64,000 nt of DNA from NCBI GenBank assembly GCA_020638905.1, contig JACKHP010000001.1:282792-346791 (forward strand), in the 5' to 3' direction. Position 1 is the stretch's first letter. Each line of letters starts with the position of its first letter. Shown here in pieces: positions 54,376-64,000 of this stretch. Source of the DNA: Planctomycetota bacterium. Lineage in GTDB: Bacteria; Planctomycetota; B15-G4. The translations under genes and the position numbers were made by a program. Below the pieces are notes generated by a model. It did not search any database, was not told the DNA's origin, and worked only from the letters and a program-made list of their open reading frames with translations.

Positions 54376-55497
54376 TCAGTCGTGCGGCACCTCGACGGCC
54401 AGCTTCAGGTGCGGATGCACCCCGGGCGCGCTCACCGCGTTGAGCACCTCGAACTCGAGCTCGAACGTCGTGCGCGCCTCGCCCGCCAGGCCGAAGGTGA
54501 GCGTCCCGTGCGCCGGGACGCGGAGCGGCGTGAGGTGCTCGTAGTAGTGCTGGCCGCCGGCGTCGGCCAGGTCGAAGGTCGCGTCGGACTGGTTCTCGAG
54601 CGTCACGTCCACGAGCTTGCTGTTCGGACGGACGCCCACGCGCGCGACCGTGAGCGAGGCCGCGAGCAGCGGCTGCAGCATCGCGTCGCGGCCGATGAGC
54701 GTGTCGCCGACGTACGCCACGGTGCGGTGCGCGAAGAGCGCTTCGCGCACGGCCTCGGCGCTGCGCTCGGCGGCGAACACGAGCGTCACCGTGCGATGAC
54801 CGCCGTCGCCCTCGTGCACGTGCGCTTCCCAGTCGATCAGGCCGTGGACGTCGGAGACGCCGAGCATCGTGAGGTCGTGGTCGAGCGCGATCTGCAGCGC
54901 CTCGTTCGAGACCATCTCGCCGTTGGCCACCTCGATGCCCTGCAGCAGGCCGCGTTCGATGAGCGAGCGGTGCAGGTCGGTCAGCACGGCGATGCCGTCC
55001 GCGCGCTGGCCCGTCCACATGGGATGGTTCCAGAAGACGAACGCGCCCTGGGCGTGGGCGGCGGCGAAGGCGTCCTCGACGTCGTCGTGCAGGAGCGCGT
55101 TCGCGTCGCTCAGGAACACGGCGTTCGCGTGGCCCGGCGGCATCTTGCGCGTGATCTCGGCGCCGTTGACCACGATCACCCGCGGGTGCTCGCCGCCGCG
55201 CGCGGCGTGCTGGCTGGCCAGCTCGAACGAGCGGTTGCGGTCGGGATGCGGGATGTCGTCGGCGTGCGGCTGGTACTCGAGGTGCTCGGTCACGGCGAGC
55301 AGGTCGAGCCCGTCGCGCTCGGCCTCCTCGACGCGGATCGTCGGCCACACGTTGCCGTCGGAGAACACCGAGTGCGTGTGCAGGTCGACCACGAGCGTGA
55401 GCGCCCCGTCGACGTCCGGGAAGACGATCGGCCGATCGTGGGCGAGGGCCGCGGGCGCGGCGGCGAGCAGGGCGACGAGGATCGGGAGTGGACGCAT
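54376..55497 (-). CDS. Secreted PHP-domain phosphoesterase
   Basis: Signal peptide (ILVALLAAAPAALA). PHP histidine motifs VDLHTHSVFSDG, AVTEH, NHP and SDVHG. Confidence 0.75.
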   Translation of the reverse strand: MRPLPILVALLAAAPAALAHDRPIVFPDVDGALTLVVDLHTHSVFSDGNVWPTIRVEEAERDGLDLLAVTEHLEYQPHADDIPHPDRNRSFELASQHAARGGEHPRVIVVNGAEITRKMPPGHANAVFLSDANALLHDDVEDAFAAAHAQGAFVFWNHPMWTGQRADGIAVLTDLHRSLIERGLLQGIEVANGEMVSNEALQIALDHDLTMLGVSDVHGLIDWEAHVHEGDGGHRTVTLVFAAERSAEAVREALFAHRTVAYVGDTLIGRDAMLQPLLAASLTVARVGVRPNSKLVDVTLENQSDATFDLADAGGQHYYEHLTPLRVPAHGTLTFGLAGEARTTFELEFEVLNAVSAPGVHPHLKLAVEVPHD

Positions 55498-55747
55498 GAG
55501 GGATGTCCCGTGCGGTCGAAGGGGCAGCGTGCGCCGTCCGCGCCGCGGGCGCGTGGCCGTGGCGCAACGTACCAGTCTTCGGGCATCCCGGGGCAGGACG
55601 CTCGTCGGCCGCGATCGACGTCTTCACGCGATCGCCGCGACGGTCGGCGGTTGCTCGCGAAACGCGAAGGCGGCCTCGCCGTCCCGAGTGTGGTGGCCAC
55701 TTGCCGAGCCGCAACTCCCGTCCCCGAGCGTACCGGAATGCGATGCG

Positions 55748-55984
55748 ATGCCGACGGTACGACGCATCGGGTCGACTCGCTTCTTCTTCTACCGCAACGA
55801 GCGCAACGAGCCTCCGCACATCCACGTCGAGCACGCCGGTGCAGTTGCCAGGTTCTGGATCCACCCGGTATCCTTGGCGAGCAGCAGTCGCTTCCGACTG
55901 CATGAGGTGCGCCGCCTGCACGACCTGGTGACCGAGCACAGGCGTGAGTTCCTCGAGGCCTGGCATGACGTCTTCCGGTCCTGA
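55748..55984 (+). CDS. DUF4160-family small protein
   Basis: 78 aa. The FFFYRNERNEPPHIHVE motif matches my recollection of DUF4160. Confidence 0.65.
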   Translation: MPTVRRIGSTRFFFYRNERNEPPHIHVEHAGAVARFWIHPVSLASSSRFRLHEVRRLHDLVTEHRREFLEAWHDVFRS

Positions 55985-56237
55985 CGCCGATCCGCGCGCC
56001 GTCGACGTGGTGGTCGACGAGACCGAGGTCACCGTGCGGCTCGGCGACGGTCGACGGGTGAGCGCGCCGTTGGCGTGGTTCCCGCGGCTCGCGGCCGCCG
56101 GTGCCGAGCAGCTCTCCCACTGGCGGCTCGTCGGGGACGGGCGCGGGATCCATTGGCCCGAACTCGACGAAGACCTGAGCGTGCTCGGGCTGCTGCGCGG
56201 CACGTCGGCGCCCGGCACCGGACGACACGTGATCTGA
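55965..56237 (+). CDS. DUF2442-family small protein
   Basis: The internal ATG 55965 overlaps the upstream gene by 20 nt. Pattern V.L.DGR....PL.WFPRL...........W.L.G.G.GIHWPELDEDLS. Confidence 0.6.
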   Translation: MTSSGPDADPRAVDVVVDETEVTVRLGDGRRVSAPLAWFPRLAAAGAEQLSHWRLVGDGRGIHWPELDEDLSVLGLLRGTSAPGTGRHVI

Positions 56238-56416
56238 GCCAGGGTCGCCTCCGGCACCCGTGATGCTCACGCCGGATCTCGATCAACGTCGCGCACCGAG
56301 GCGTGCGGCGGCCGGCGCGGCCGCTCCGCGGCGAGCTCCTCCCCGCCCTTTCGCGGCCCGGACGTCGCATGGAACAATGCCGCGTCGCATAGCACGCAGC
56401 CGAGGAGAACCGTCCC

Positions 56417-59131
56417 ATGACCACGACCGAATCGACCTCGCCGGGCGAGATGGCCACCCGCTACGAGCCCGCCTCGGTCGAGGACGCGGTGCGCGCGCGC
56501 TGGGACGCCGCGGGCTGCTTCACCGCGGGACGCCATCCCGACCGCCCGCCGTTCACGATCATGATCCCGCCGCCGAACGTGACCGGCGTGCTGCACATGG
56601 GCCACGCGCTGAACGGCACCCTGCAGGACATCGTCGCGCGCCACCGGCGCATGACCGGGCACGACGTGCTGTGGCTGCCGGGCACCGACCACGCGGGCAT
56701 CGCGACCCAGGCGGTGGTCGAGAAGAAGCTCTACGCCGAGCAGAAGATCACCCGCAAGGAGCTCGGCCGCGAGGCCTTCCTCGAGAAGGTGTGGGCCTGG
56801 AAGGACGAGCACGGCGCCACGATCCTGCAGCAGTTCCGGCGCCTGGGCGCGTCGTGCGACTTCACGCGCACGGCCTTCACGCTCGACGACAAGCTCAGCC
56901 ACGCGGTGCGCGTGGCGTTCGTGCGCCTGTGGGAACAGGGCCTGATCTACCGCGGCGCGCGCCTCGTGAACTGGGACTGCGTGCTGCAGACCGCGGTGAG
57001 CGACGACGAGATCGAGTACGTCCCGCGCAAGACGAAGCTCTGGCACCTGCGCTACCCGGTGAAGGACGAGCCGGGCCGCTTCGTGGTGGTCGCGACGACG
57101 CGTCCCGAGACGATGCTCGGCGACACCGGCGTGGCCGTGCATCCCGACGACGCGCGCTACACCGACCTCGTGGGACGCACGCTCGTGCTGCCGATCGTGG
57201 GACGCGAGATCCCCGTCGTCGCCGACGCCAGCGTGAACGCCGAGTTCGGCTCGGGCGCCGTGAAGGTCACGCCCGGTCACGATCCCGCCGACTACGAACG
57301 CGGCGCGCGGCACGCCCTCCCGATCGTGAACATGCTCGAGAAGGACGGCACGATCTCCGCCAACGGCGGCGAGTTCGCGGGCATGCCGCGCGAGAAGGCG
57401 CGCACGGCCATCGTCGCTGCGCTCGAGGAGCAGGGCCTGCTCGAGAAGGTCGACGACTACGAGCACAACGTGTCGGTCTCCGACCGCAGCAAGAGCCCGA
57501 TCGAGCCGCTCGTGTCCGAGCAGTGGTTCGTGAAGATGCAGCCCCTGGCGCAGCCGGCGATCGGGGCGGTGCGCGACGGTTCGCTGCGCTTCCAGCCCGA
57601 GCGCTGGACGAAGGTCTACCTCGACTGGCTCGAGAATGTGCGCGACTGGTGCATCTCGCGCCAGCTCTGGTGGGGGCACCGCATCCCGGTCTGGTACGAC
57701 GACCGGGGCGAGGCCGTCGCGTCGGTGACCGACCTCGAGATCGGCGACCCGCACCCGACCACGGGGCGTCCGCTCGTGCGCCAGGACGACGACGTGCTCG
57801 ACACGTGGGCCTCGTCGTGGCTGTGGCCGATGGCCACGCTGGGCTGGCCCGACCTCGCGGCGTCCGACCTGCGTCGCTACTACCCGACGCAGTTCTTGTC
57901 GACGGCGAGCGAGATCATCTACCTGTGGGTGGCCCGCATGGTCATGGCCGGGTACGCCTTCATGGACGACCGCGAGGACGGCGCGCGCTGCCCGTTCGCG
58001 ACCTGCTACATCCACGCCACGGTGCTCGACGCGCAGGGCCAGCGCATGTCGAAGAGCAAGGGCAACGGCGTCGACCCGCTCGACATGATCGCCGAGTTCG
58101 GCGCCGACGCCGTGCGCTACTCGCTCGTGATGCTCACCAAGGAGGGACAGGACACGAAGCTCGCGCCCGAGAAGTTCGAGATGGGCCGCAACTTCGTGAA
58201 CAAGCTCTGGAACGCGTCGCGCTTCGTGCTGAGCAAGGCCGGCCGGCTGCCGTCGTTCCACGCGTCGACGGTGAGCGCGCTCGAAGACCGCTGGATCCTC
58301 TCGCGCCTGCGCGCCACCTGCGAAGAGGTGCACGCGCAGCTCGAGGCGTACCGCTTCAACGACGCGGCCCAGACGCTCTACCGCTACGTGTGGAACGACG
58401 TCTGCGACTGGTACGTCGAGGCCGTCAAGTCGCGCCTGGGCAATCCCGACGGCAGCGGCGAGATCGACCCGGTGGCCGCGGCCGTGCTCGGCCGCGTGCT
58501 CACCGACGTGCTGGCGCTGCTGCACCCGCTCGCGCCGTTCGTCACCGAGGCCGTCTGGACGCGTGTGCGCGAGGCGGCCGACTTCGAGTTGCCCGAGCTG
58601 CTGGCCGAGGCTCCCTTCCCGACCGGCTCCGACCTGGCGCGCGACCTGCAGGCCGAGGCCGACCTCGACGCGTCCCAGTCGGTGGTCGCCGCGGTGCGCC
58701 GGCTGCGTCAGCAGAACGACGTGCCCGAGCGCAAGCCGGTGCGGGTGACGGTGGCCGCGGTGGCACCGGCCCTGGTCGAGAACCTCGAGCGCAGCCGCGA
58801 CTTCACCGTCGGCATGGGACGCCTGCTGTCGCTCGACGCAGGCCTCGACCCGAAGCGTCCCGAGGGCGCGGCGGTCGACGTGGTCGACGGCCTGGAGGTG
58901 CTGCTCGACCTCGACGGACTGGTCGACAAGGCCGCCCAGCGCGCCTCGCTCGGCAAGAGCCTGGCGAAGGTCAGCCAGCAGGTCGGCGCGGTCCGCGCCA
59001 AGCTCGACAACCAGGGCTTCGTGGCCAAGGCGCCGCCCGAGGTCGTCGAGCGCGAGCGCGCGCGCCTGGCCGAGCTCAGCGCCGAACGCGAGCGCCTCGC
59101 CGGTCTGCTCGAGGCGCTCGGCGAGGGCTGA
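56417..59131 (+). CDS. valS: Valine--tRNA ligase
   Basis: 904 aa. HIGH-type motif (PPNVTGVLHMGHA), KMSKS (QRMSKSKGN), an editing domain and a C-terminal coiled coil. Confidence 0.95.
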   Translation: MTTTESTSPGEMATRYEPASVEDAVRARWDAAGCFTAGRHPDRPPFTIMIPPPNVTGVLHMGHALNGTLQDIVARHRRMTGHDVLWLPGTDHAGIATQAVVEKKLYAEQKITRKELGREAFLEKVWAWKDEHGATILQQFRRLGASCDFTRTAFTLDDKLSHAVRVAFVRLWEQGLIYRGARLVNWDCVLQTAVSDDEIEYVPRKTKLWHLRYPVKDEPGRFVVVATTRPETMLGDTGVAVHPDDARYTDLVGRTLVLPIVGREIPVVADASVNAEFGSGAVKVTPGHDPADYERGARHALPIVNMLEKDGTISANGGEFAGMPREKARTAIVAALEEQGLLEKVDDYEHNVSVSDRSKSPIEPLVSEQWFVKMQPLAQPAIGAVRDGSLRFQPERWTKVYLDWLENVRDWCISRQLWWGHRIPVWYDDRGEAVASVTDLEIGDPHPTTGRPLVRQDDDVLDTWASSWLWPMATLGWPDLAASDLRRYYPTQFLSTASEIIYLWVARMVMAGYAFMDDREDGARCPFATCYIHATVLDAQGQRMSKSKGNGVDPLDMIAEFGADAVRYSLVMLTKEGQDTKLAPEKFEMGRNFVNKLWNASRFVLSKAGRLPSFHASTVSALEDRWILSRLRATCEEVHAQLEAYRFNDAAQTLYRYVWNDVCDWYVEAVKSRLGNPDGSGEIDPVAAAVLGRVLTDVLALLHPLAPFVTEAVWTRVREAADFELPELLAEAPFPTGSDLARDLQAEADLDASQSVVAAVRRLRQQNDVPERKPVRVTVAAVAPALVENLERSRDFTVGMGRLLSLDAGLDPKRPEGAAVDVVDGLEVLLDLDGLVDKAAQRASLGKSLAKVSQQVGAVRAKLDNQGFVAKAPPEVVERERARLAELSAERERLAGLLEALGEG

Positions 59132-59215
59132 CGCCGGACGGAGGCGCCGCGACCCTCGTCCGCACGACCGCAGCGACCGGGCGCCGGTGCGTCGGACGTC
59201 CCCGGAAACGCACAC

Positions 59216-59246
59216 GGCGCGGCGGCTCTTCGTGAGCCGTCGCGCC
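59216..59246. terminator. GC-rich hairpin between convergent valS and the FGE-domain gene (possible bidirectional terminator)
   Basis: GGCGCGGCGGCTC (59216-59228) and GAGCCGTCGCGCC (59234-59246) pair at 12 of 13 positions around a 5-nt loop. There is no clear U-tract. Confidence 0.3.
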
Positions 59247-59278
59247 GCGTCACGCGCGTCGGACGATCGTCGTCGCGC

Positions 59279-60850
59279 CTACTTCGTCGTGGGCGCGAAG
59301 CCCTGTCCGCGCAGCTTGAACTCGAAGAAGAAGCGCGGGACCTTGCGGTCGACGGTGTCGAGCGAGAACTCGACCTTCCAGGTCTTGCCGCCGTCGGTCG
59401 TGCTGGCCTGCTGGGGCGAGACCGGACGCTCGGACGGGTCGGGGGCCGACGTCCAGCCCACGACCGCGCTGTTCACGTTCAGGTACAGGATCACGTCCTT
59501 GTCCTGCGGGAACTCGATGTCCTCGATGATGTCGTTCACCGACACGCCGGGCCACGGCACCGCGGCGCCCTCGGAGGCCTCGGGCAGGTCATCGTCCTTG
59601 CCCTTCTTGCCCTTGTCCTCCTTGCGCTTCTCCTTGTGCTTCTTGGACTCGCCGGCGACCTTGTACTGCAGCAGGTACTGCCCGGCGGGGAGCGGCGGGT
59701 TCTCGATCTCTTCGGTGGTCGCGAGGAGGCCGAGCGTGATCGGGTCGTCGCGGCTGTCCTTCTGGAGCTTGAGCAGGCCGCTGCCGCGCTTGGCGGCGGG
59801 GTGCGCGAAGGCCACCGCGCGATAGCCGGTGATCACCTGGCGATCGGCGTCGTAGTAGGTGCGCTCCTCGGCGAACACGTCGTTCAGGTCGAGGTCGGAC
59901 TCCTTCGAGATCTGCGGCGGGAGCAGGTTGCGGTAGCCCGCGAGCACCATCTCGACGCCGTCACGCGCCGAACGCGCGCCGCGGAAGCCGAGCGCCGCGT
60001 CGCTGTCGCTGGGGCCGATGCGCAGGCGCGTGTCGATGCGCGCGAAATCGCGCGTCGACAGGTAGCAGCCGCCCTTGGCGACCTTGTTCGTGCGGTTGAA
60101 CTCGGGCGAGAGGATGGTCTCCTTCTTGCCGACCTTGTGCTTGATGTTCTTGTACCCGTCGAAGGGCGCGAACGGGCTGTCGACCAGCTCCCACACGTTG
60201 CCCGCCATGTCGAGCACGCCGAACGGGCTCACGCCCCCGGCGAAGCTGCCCACGCGCGAGGTGTCCTGGGGGACGCTGGCGCCCGACTGCAGGACCTTGC
60301 TGTCCCACTTGCTGCCCCAGGGATAGGTGCGGTCGTCGTCGCCGCGGGCGGCGCGCGTCCACTCTTCTTCGGTGGGCAGGCGCTTGCCGCACCACGCCAG
60401 GAAGGCCTGGACCTCGGGCACGGTCACGTTCGAGACCGGGTGGTACTCGCGCCCGGCGGGGATCGACGTGCTGCCCCAGCCGTACTCGACGAGATCGGAC
60501 GAGGGCTGCCGTCCGGTCGCCTCGAGGTAGACCTTCCACTGGAGGTTCGTGACCTCGGTCAGGTCGATGTAGAAGGTGTCGACGTGGGCCGTGTGGCGCG
60601 GCGTCTCGGCCGCCACGAGCGTCATCGGCTCGAGGTTGTTGTCGCCCAGGCGCTGCACGTCGTCGGGATCGGTGCCGACCACGACGTCGCCGCCCGGGAT
60701 GAGCACCATCTCGACGCGCTTCTCGTCGCCCGATTCGCCGGACGACTGCCACATGACGAGGTCGTGCTCGCTCTTCGCGTTCGAGACGAGGGAGGCCTGG
60801 GGCTGCAGCGGGGGGATCTGCAGGGCGACGACGAGCAGGGTCGTGATCAC
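59279..60850 (-). CDS. Formylglycine-generating-enzyme (SUMF1/FGE) domain protein with C-terminal extension
   Basis: 523 aa with an N-terminal anchor. FGE-fold blocks (FYIDLTEVTNLQW, RLPTEEEWTRAARG, GNVWELV, KGGCY, LGFRGARS). Confidence 0.8.
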   Translation of the reverse strand: MITTLLVVALQIPPLQPQASLVSNAKSEHDLVMWQSSGESGDEKRVEMVLIPGGDVVVGTDPDDVQRLGDNNLEPMTLVAAETPRHTAHVDTFYIDLTEVTNLQWKVYLEATGRQPSSDLVEYGWGSTSIPAGREYHPVSNVTVPEVQAFLAWCGKRLPTEEEWTRAARGDDDRTYPWGSKWDSKVLQSGASVPQDTSRVGSFAGGVSPFGVLDMAGNVWELVDSPFAPFDGYKNIKHKVGKKETILSPEFNRTNKVAKGGCYLSTRDFARIDTRLRIGPSDSDAALGFRGARSARDGVEMVLAGYRNLLPPQISKESDLDLNDVFAEERTYYDADRQVITGYRAVAFAHPAAKRGSGLLKLQKDSRDDPITLGLLATTEEIENPPLPAGQYLLQYKVAGESKKHKEKRKEDKGKKGKDDDLPEASEGAAVPWPGVSVNDIIEDIEFPQDKDVILYLNVNSAVVGWTSAPDPSERPVSPQQASTTDGGKTWKVEFSLDTVDRKVPRFFFEFKLRGQGFAPTTK

Positions 60851-61102
60851 GGCGGAGCGCGGCTCCTCGGTTCGGAGGGGAGCGGGAGAGGCACCTTGTG
60901 GAACCCAGCCCGACCGGACCGGAGAGCTTCGGGGGCACCAGGCCTGGCGACACCGGACCGCACCGGGAACGGGATCCGGGGGTGTAGTCTAGCGGCCGGG
61001 GGACTGTAACAGGGACCCCCAAACTGTCAAGGTGGAGGGGATTGCGCCCTCCGTGCCCGGATTCGGGCCCGCCCGTCCCACGAGACCGACCCGCTGCCGC
61101 CC

Positions 61103-62131
61103 ATGGATCCCGACCAGGAGGACGACCGCCCGCTGCCGCCCGAGGTCGACGCCGAGGGCGCGTTGCGGGCCACGGTCCCGGCCGAGGAGCACGGCTCGCG
61201 CGTCGACCGCTGGCTCGGACGGCTGCTCGCCCCGCACTACTCGCGCAGCTACCTCTCGGCGCTCATCGACGAGGGCACGATCAAGGTCGACGGGGCGCCG
61301 GTGAAGCCGTCCTTCCGGGTCGAGCCGGGCATGTGGGTCGAGGGACCGCTGGGCACGCCGGCCGACACGCTGCCCCACGCCGAGGACATGGAGCTCACGA
61401 TCCTGCACGAGGACGACGACCTGATCGTCGTCGACAAGCCGGTGGGCGTGATCATCCACCCCGGGTCGGGGCAGACCTCGGGCACCCTCGTGAACGGCCT
61501 GCTCGCGCGCTACCCCGAGCTCTCGGTGGTGGGACGCGCCGACCGCCCGGGCATCGTCCACCGGCTCGACCGCGAGACGTCCGGGGCGCTGCTCGTGGCG
61601 CGCACGAACGAGGCGGCCAAGCGCCTCGTGAACCAGTTCAAGGCCAAGACGGTGCGCAAGCAGTACTGCGCCATCGTCTGGGGCGTGATGCCGTTCGACT
61701 CCGACTGGATCGAGCTGCCCATCGGGCCGCACCCGAAGAAGGCGCAGTTGCGCTCGGTCGCCCGCGGCGACGACGGACAGGCCGCGTCGACGTTCTACGA
61801 GGTCCAGCGGCGCTTCGCGGTGGCCTCGCAGGTGGCCGCCTTCCCGCGCACGGGGCGCACGCACCAGATCAGGGTGCACCTCGACCACGTGGGCTTCCCG
61901 ATCATCGGCGACGGCAGCTACGGACGGCAGGCGCAGGTGGCCTACGAGCGCTGGGTCGATCGGCGCCGCGCGGCCGGCGAGCGCGTGCCGATCATCCACC
62001 GGCACGCGCTGCACGCGCACAAGATCACGATCGACCACCCGCGCACCGGCGAGCAGGTCACGTACCAGTCGCCGCTGCCGCACGACATGGTCGACCTGCT
62101 CGAGGTGCTCGCGCTCGACGACCCCACGTGA
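61103..62131 (+). CDS. rluD: RluA-family 23S rRNA pseudouridine synthase (RluD-like)
   Basis: S4-like N-terminus. Catalytic motif [14 protein letters not shown], plus HQIRVHL. Confidence 0.85.
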   Translation: MDPDQEDDRPLPPEVDAEGALRATVPAEEHGSRVDRWLGRLLAPHYSRSYLSALIDEGTIKVDGAPVKPSFRVEPGMWVEGPLGTPADTLPHAEDMELTILHEDDDLIVVDKPVGVIIHPGSGQTSGTLVNGLLARYPELSVVGRADRPGIVHRLDRETSGALLVARTNEAAKRLVNQFKAKTVRKQYCAIVWGVMPFDSDWIELPIGPHPKKAQLRSVARGDDGQAASTFYEVQRRFAVASQVAAFPRTGRTHQIRVHLDHVGFPIIGDGSYGRQAQVAYERWVDRRRAAGERVPIIHRHALHAHKITIDHPRTGEQVTYQSPLPHDMVDLLEVLALDDPT

Positions 62132-62192
62132 CGCGGGTGCGCCGCGCGCGCGTGACGGCGCGGCGTCCGCCGACACCCACCGGAGACACGCG

Positions 62193-63824
<1,632 letters not shown>

Positions 63825-64000
63825 CGCTGGACGGATCGGCGTCGACGCGCGAAGCGGCCGGCGAGCGTCCGCTCGGACGCATCGCGTGCGCCCGGGCCAT
63901 CGCCGGGGGTACGATGCGCGGTCGATCCCCGGAGGCCTTGCGTGGCCCAGCGAGACCCGTCGCCGAACAGGAAGCGCAAGGGCCAGGACGACGCGTCCCG

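Noticed and set aside
60978-61020. tRNA-like string GGGGGTGTAGTCTAGCGGCC... in the intergenic region before rluD
   Set aside because: It resembles a D-arm, but no acceptor-stem pairing, anticodon arm or T-arm (GTTCRANNC) can be built. It is probably just a GGGGG/CCCCC hairpin in a promoter region.
63941-64000. Possible start of a B12-binding small subunit gene after the mutase large subunit
   Set aside because: Only ~20 codons are visible (VAQRDPSPNRKRKGQDDAS), which is too little to support any call.

Overview
Very GC-rich bacterial chromosome segment. kdsA, the lipoproteins and nrfHA point to a Gram-negative organism; I cannot assign a phylum from sequence alone. Most long ORFs in the six-frame track are Arg/Ala-rich shadow frames caused by the GC bias. 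I called about 53 genes from recognisable protein motifs, signal peptides and 4-nt ATGA/TTGA start-stop overlaps. Ordinary content: nrfH-nrfA nitrite reductase; an RlmD-type RNA methyltransferase; two large membrane proteins of the sulfatase/alkaline-phosphatase superfamily with coupled partner genes; a Wzx-like flippase followed by a six-gene phosphonate operon; GT4 and GT2 glycosyltransferases; fliA; a poly-ferredoxin; kdsA; an RmlD-like reductase; an ApgM-like mutase; a C69 dipeptidase; a YtrA-type GntR plus ABC transporter operon; a PHP phosphoesterase; valS; an FGE-domain protein; rluD; and a methylmalonyl-CoA mutase large subunit. The standout is a visibly lower-GC island at about 27.45-34.95 kb, just downstream of the phosphonate operon. 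It holds an IS91-family transposase with its partner tyrosine recombinase, then three integron-type attC-like sites (RYYYAAC...GTTRRRY, imperfect palindromes with unpaired bases). These sites delimit compact gene cassettes: a DUF3800 protein; a translationally coupled pair made of an 87-aa acidic protein and an 833-aa Rad50/RloC-like zinc-hook ABC ATPase with a PrrC-like R-x3-E...H tail; and a 207-aa single-TM helical protein. No canonical IntI is present. I read this as an integrase-less cassette array carrying candidate, largely uncharacterised anti-phage or abortive-infection modules. A second recurring signal is the hexanucleotide microsatellite GGCTTC/GAAGCC. It occurs at four loci and always preserves an open frame, encoding (Glu-Ala)n in three loci and (Ala-Ser)n in the fourth.
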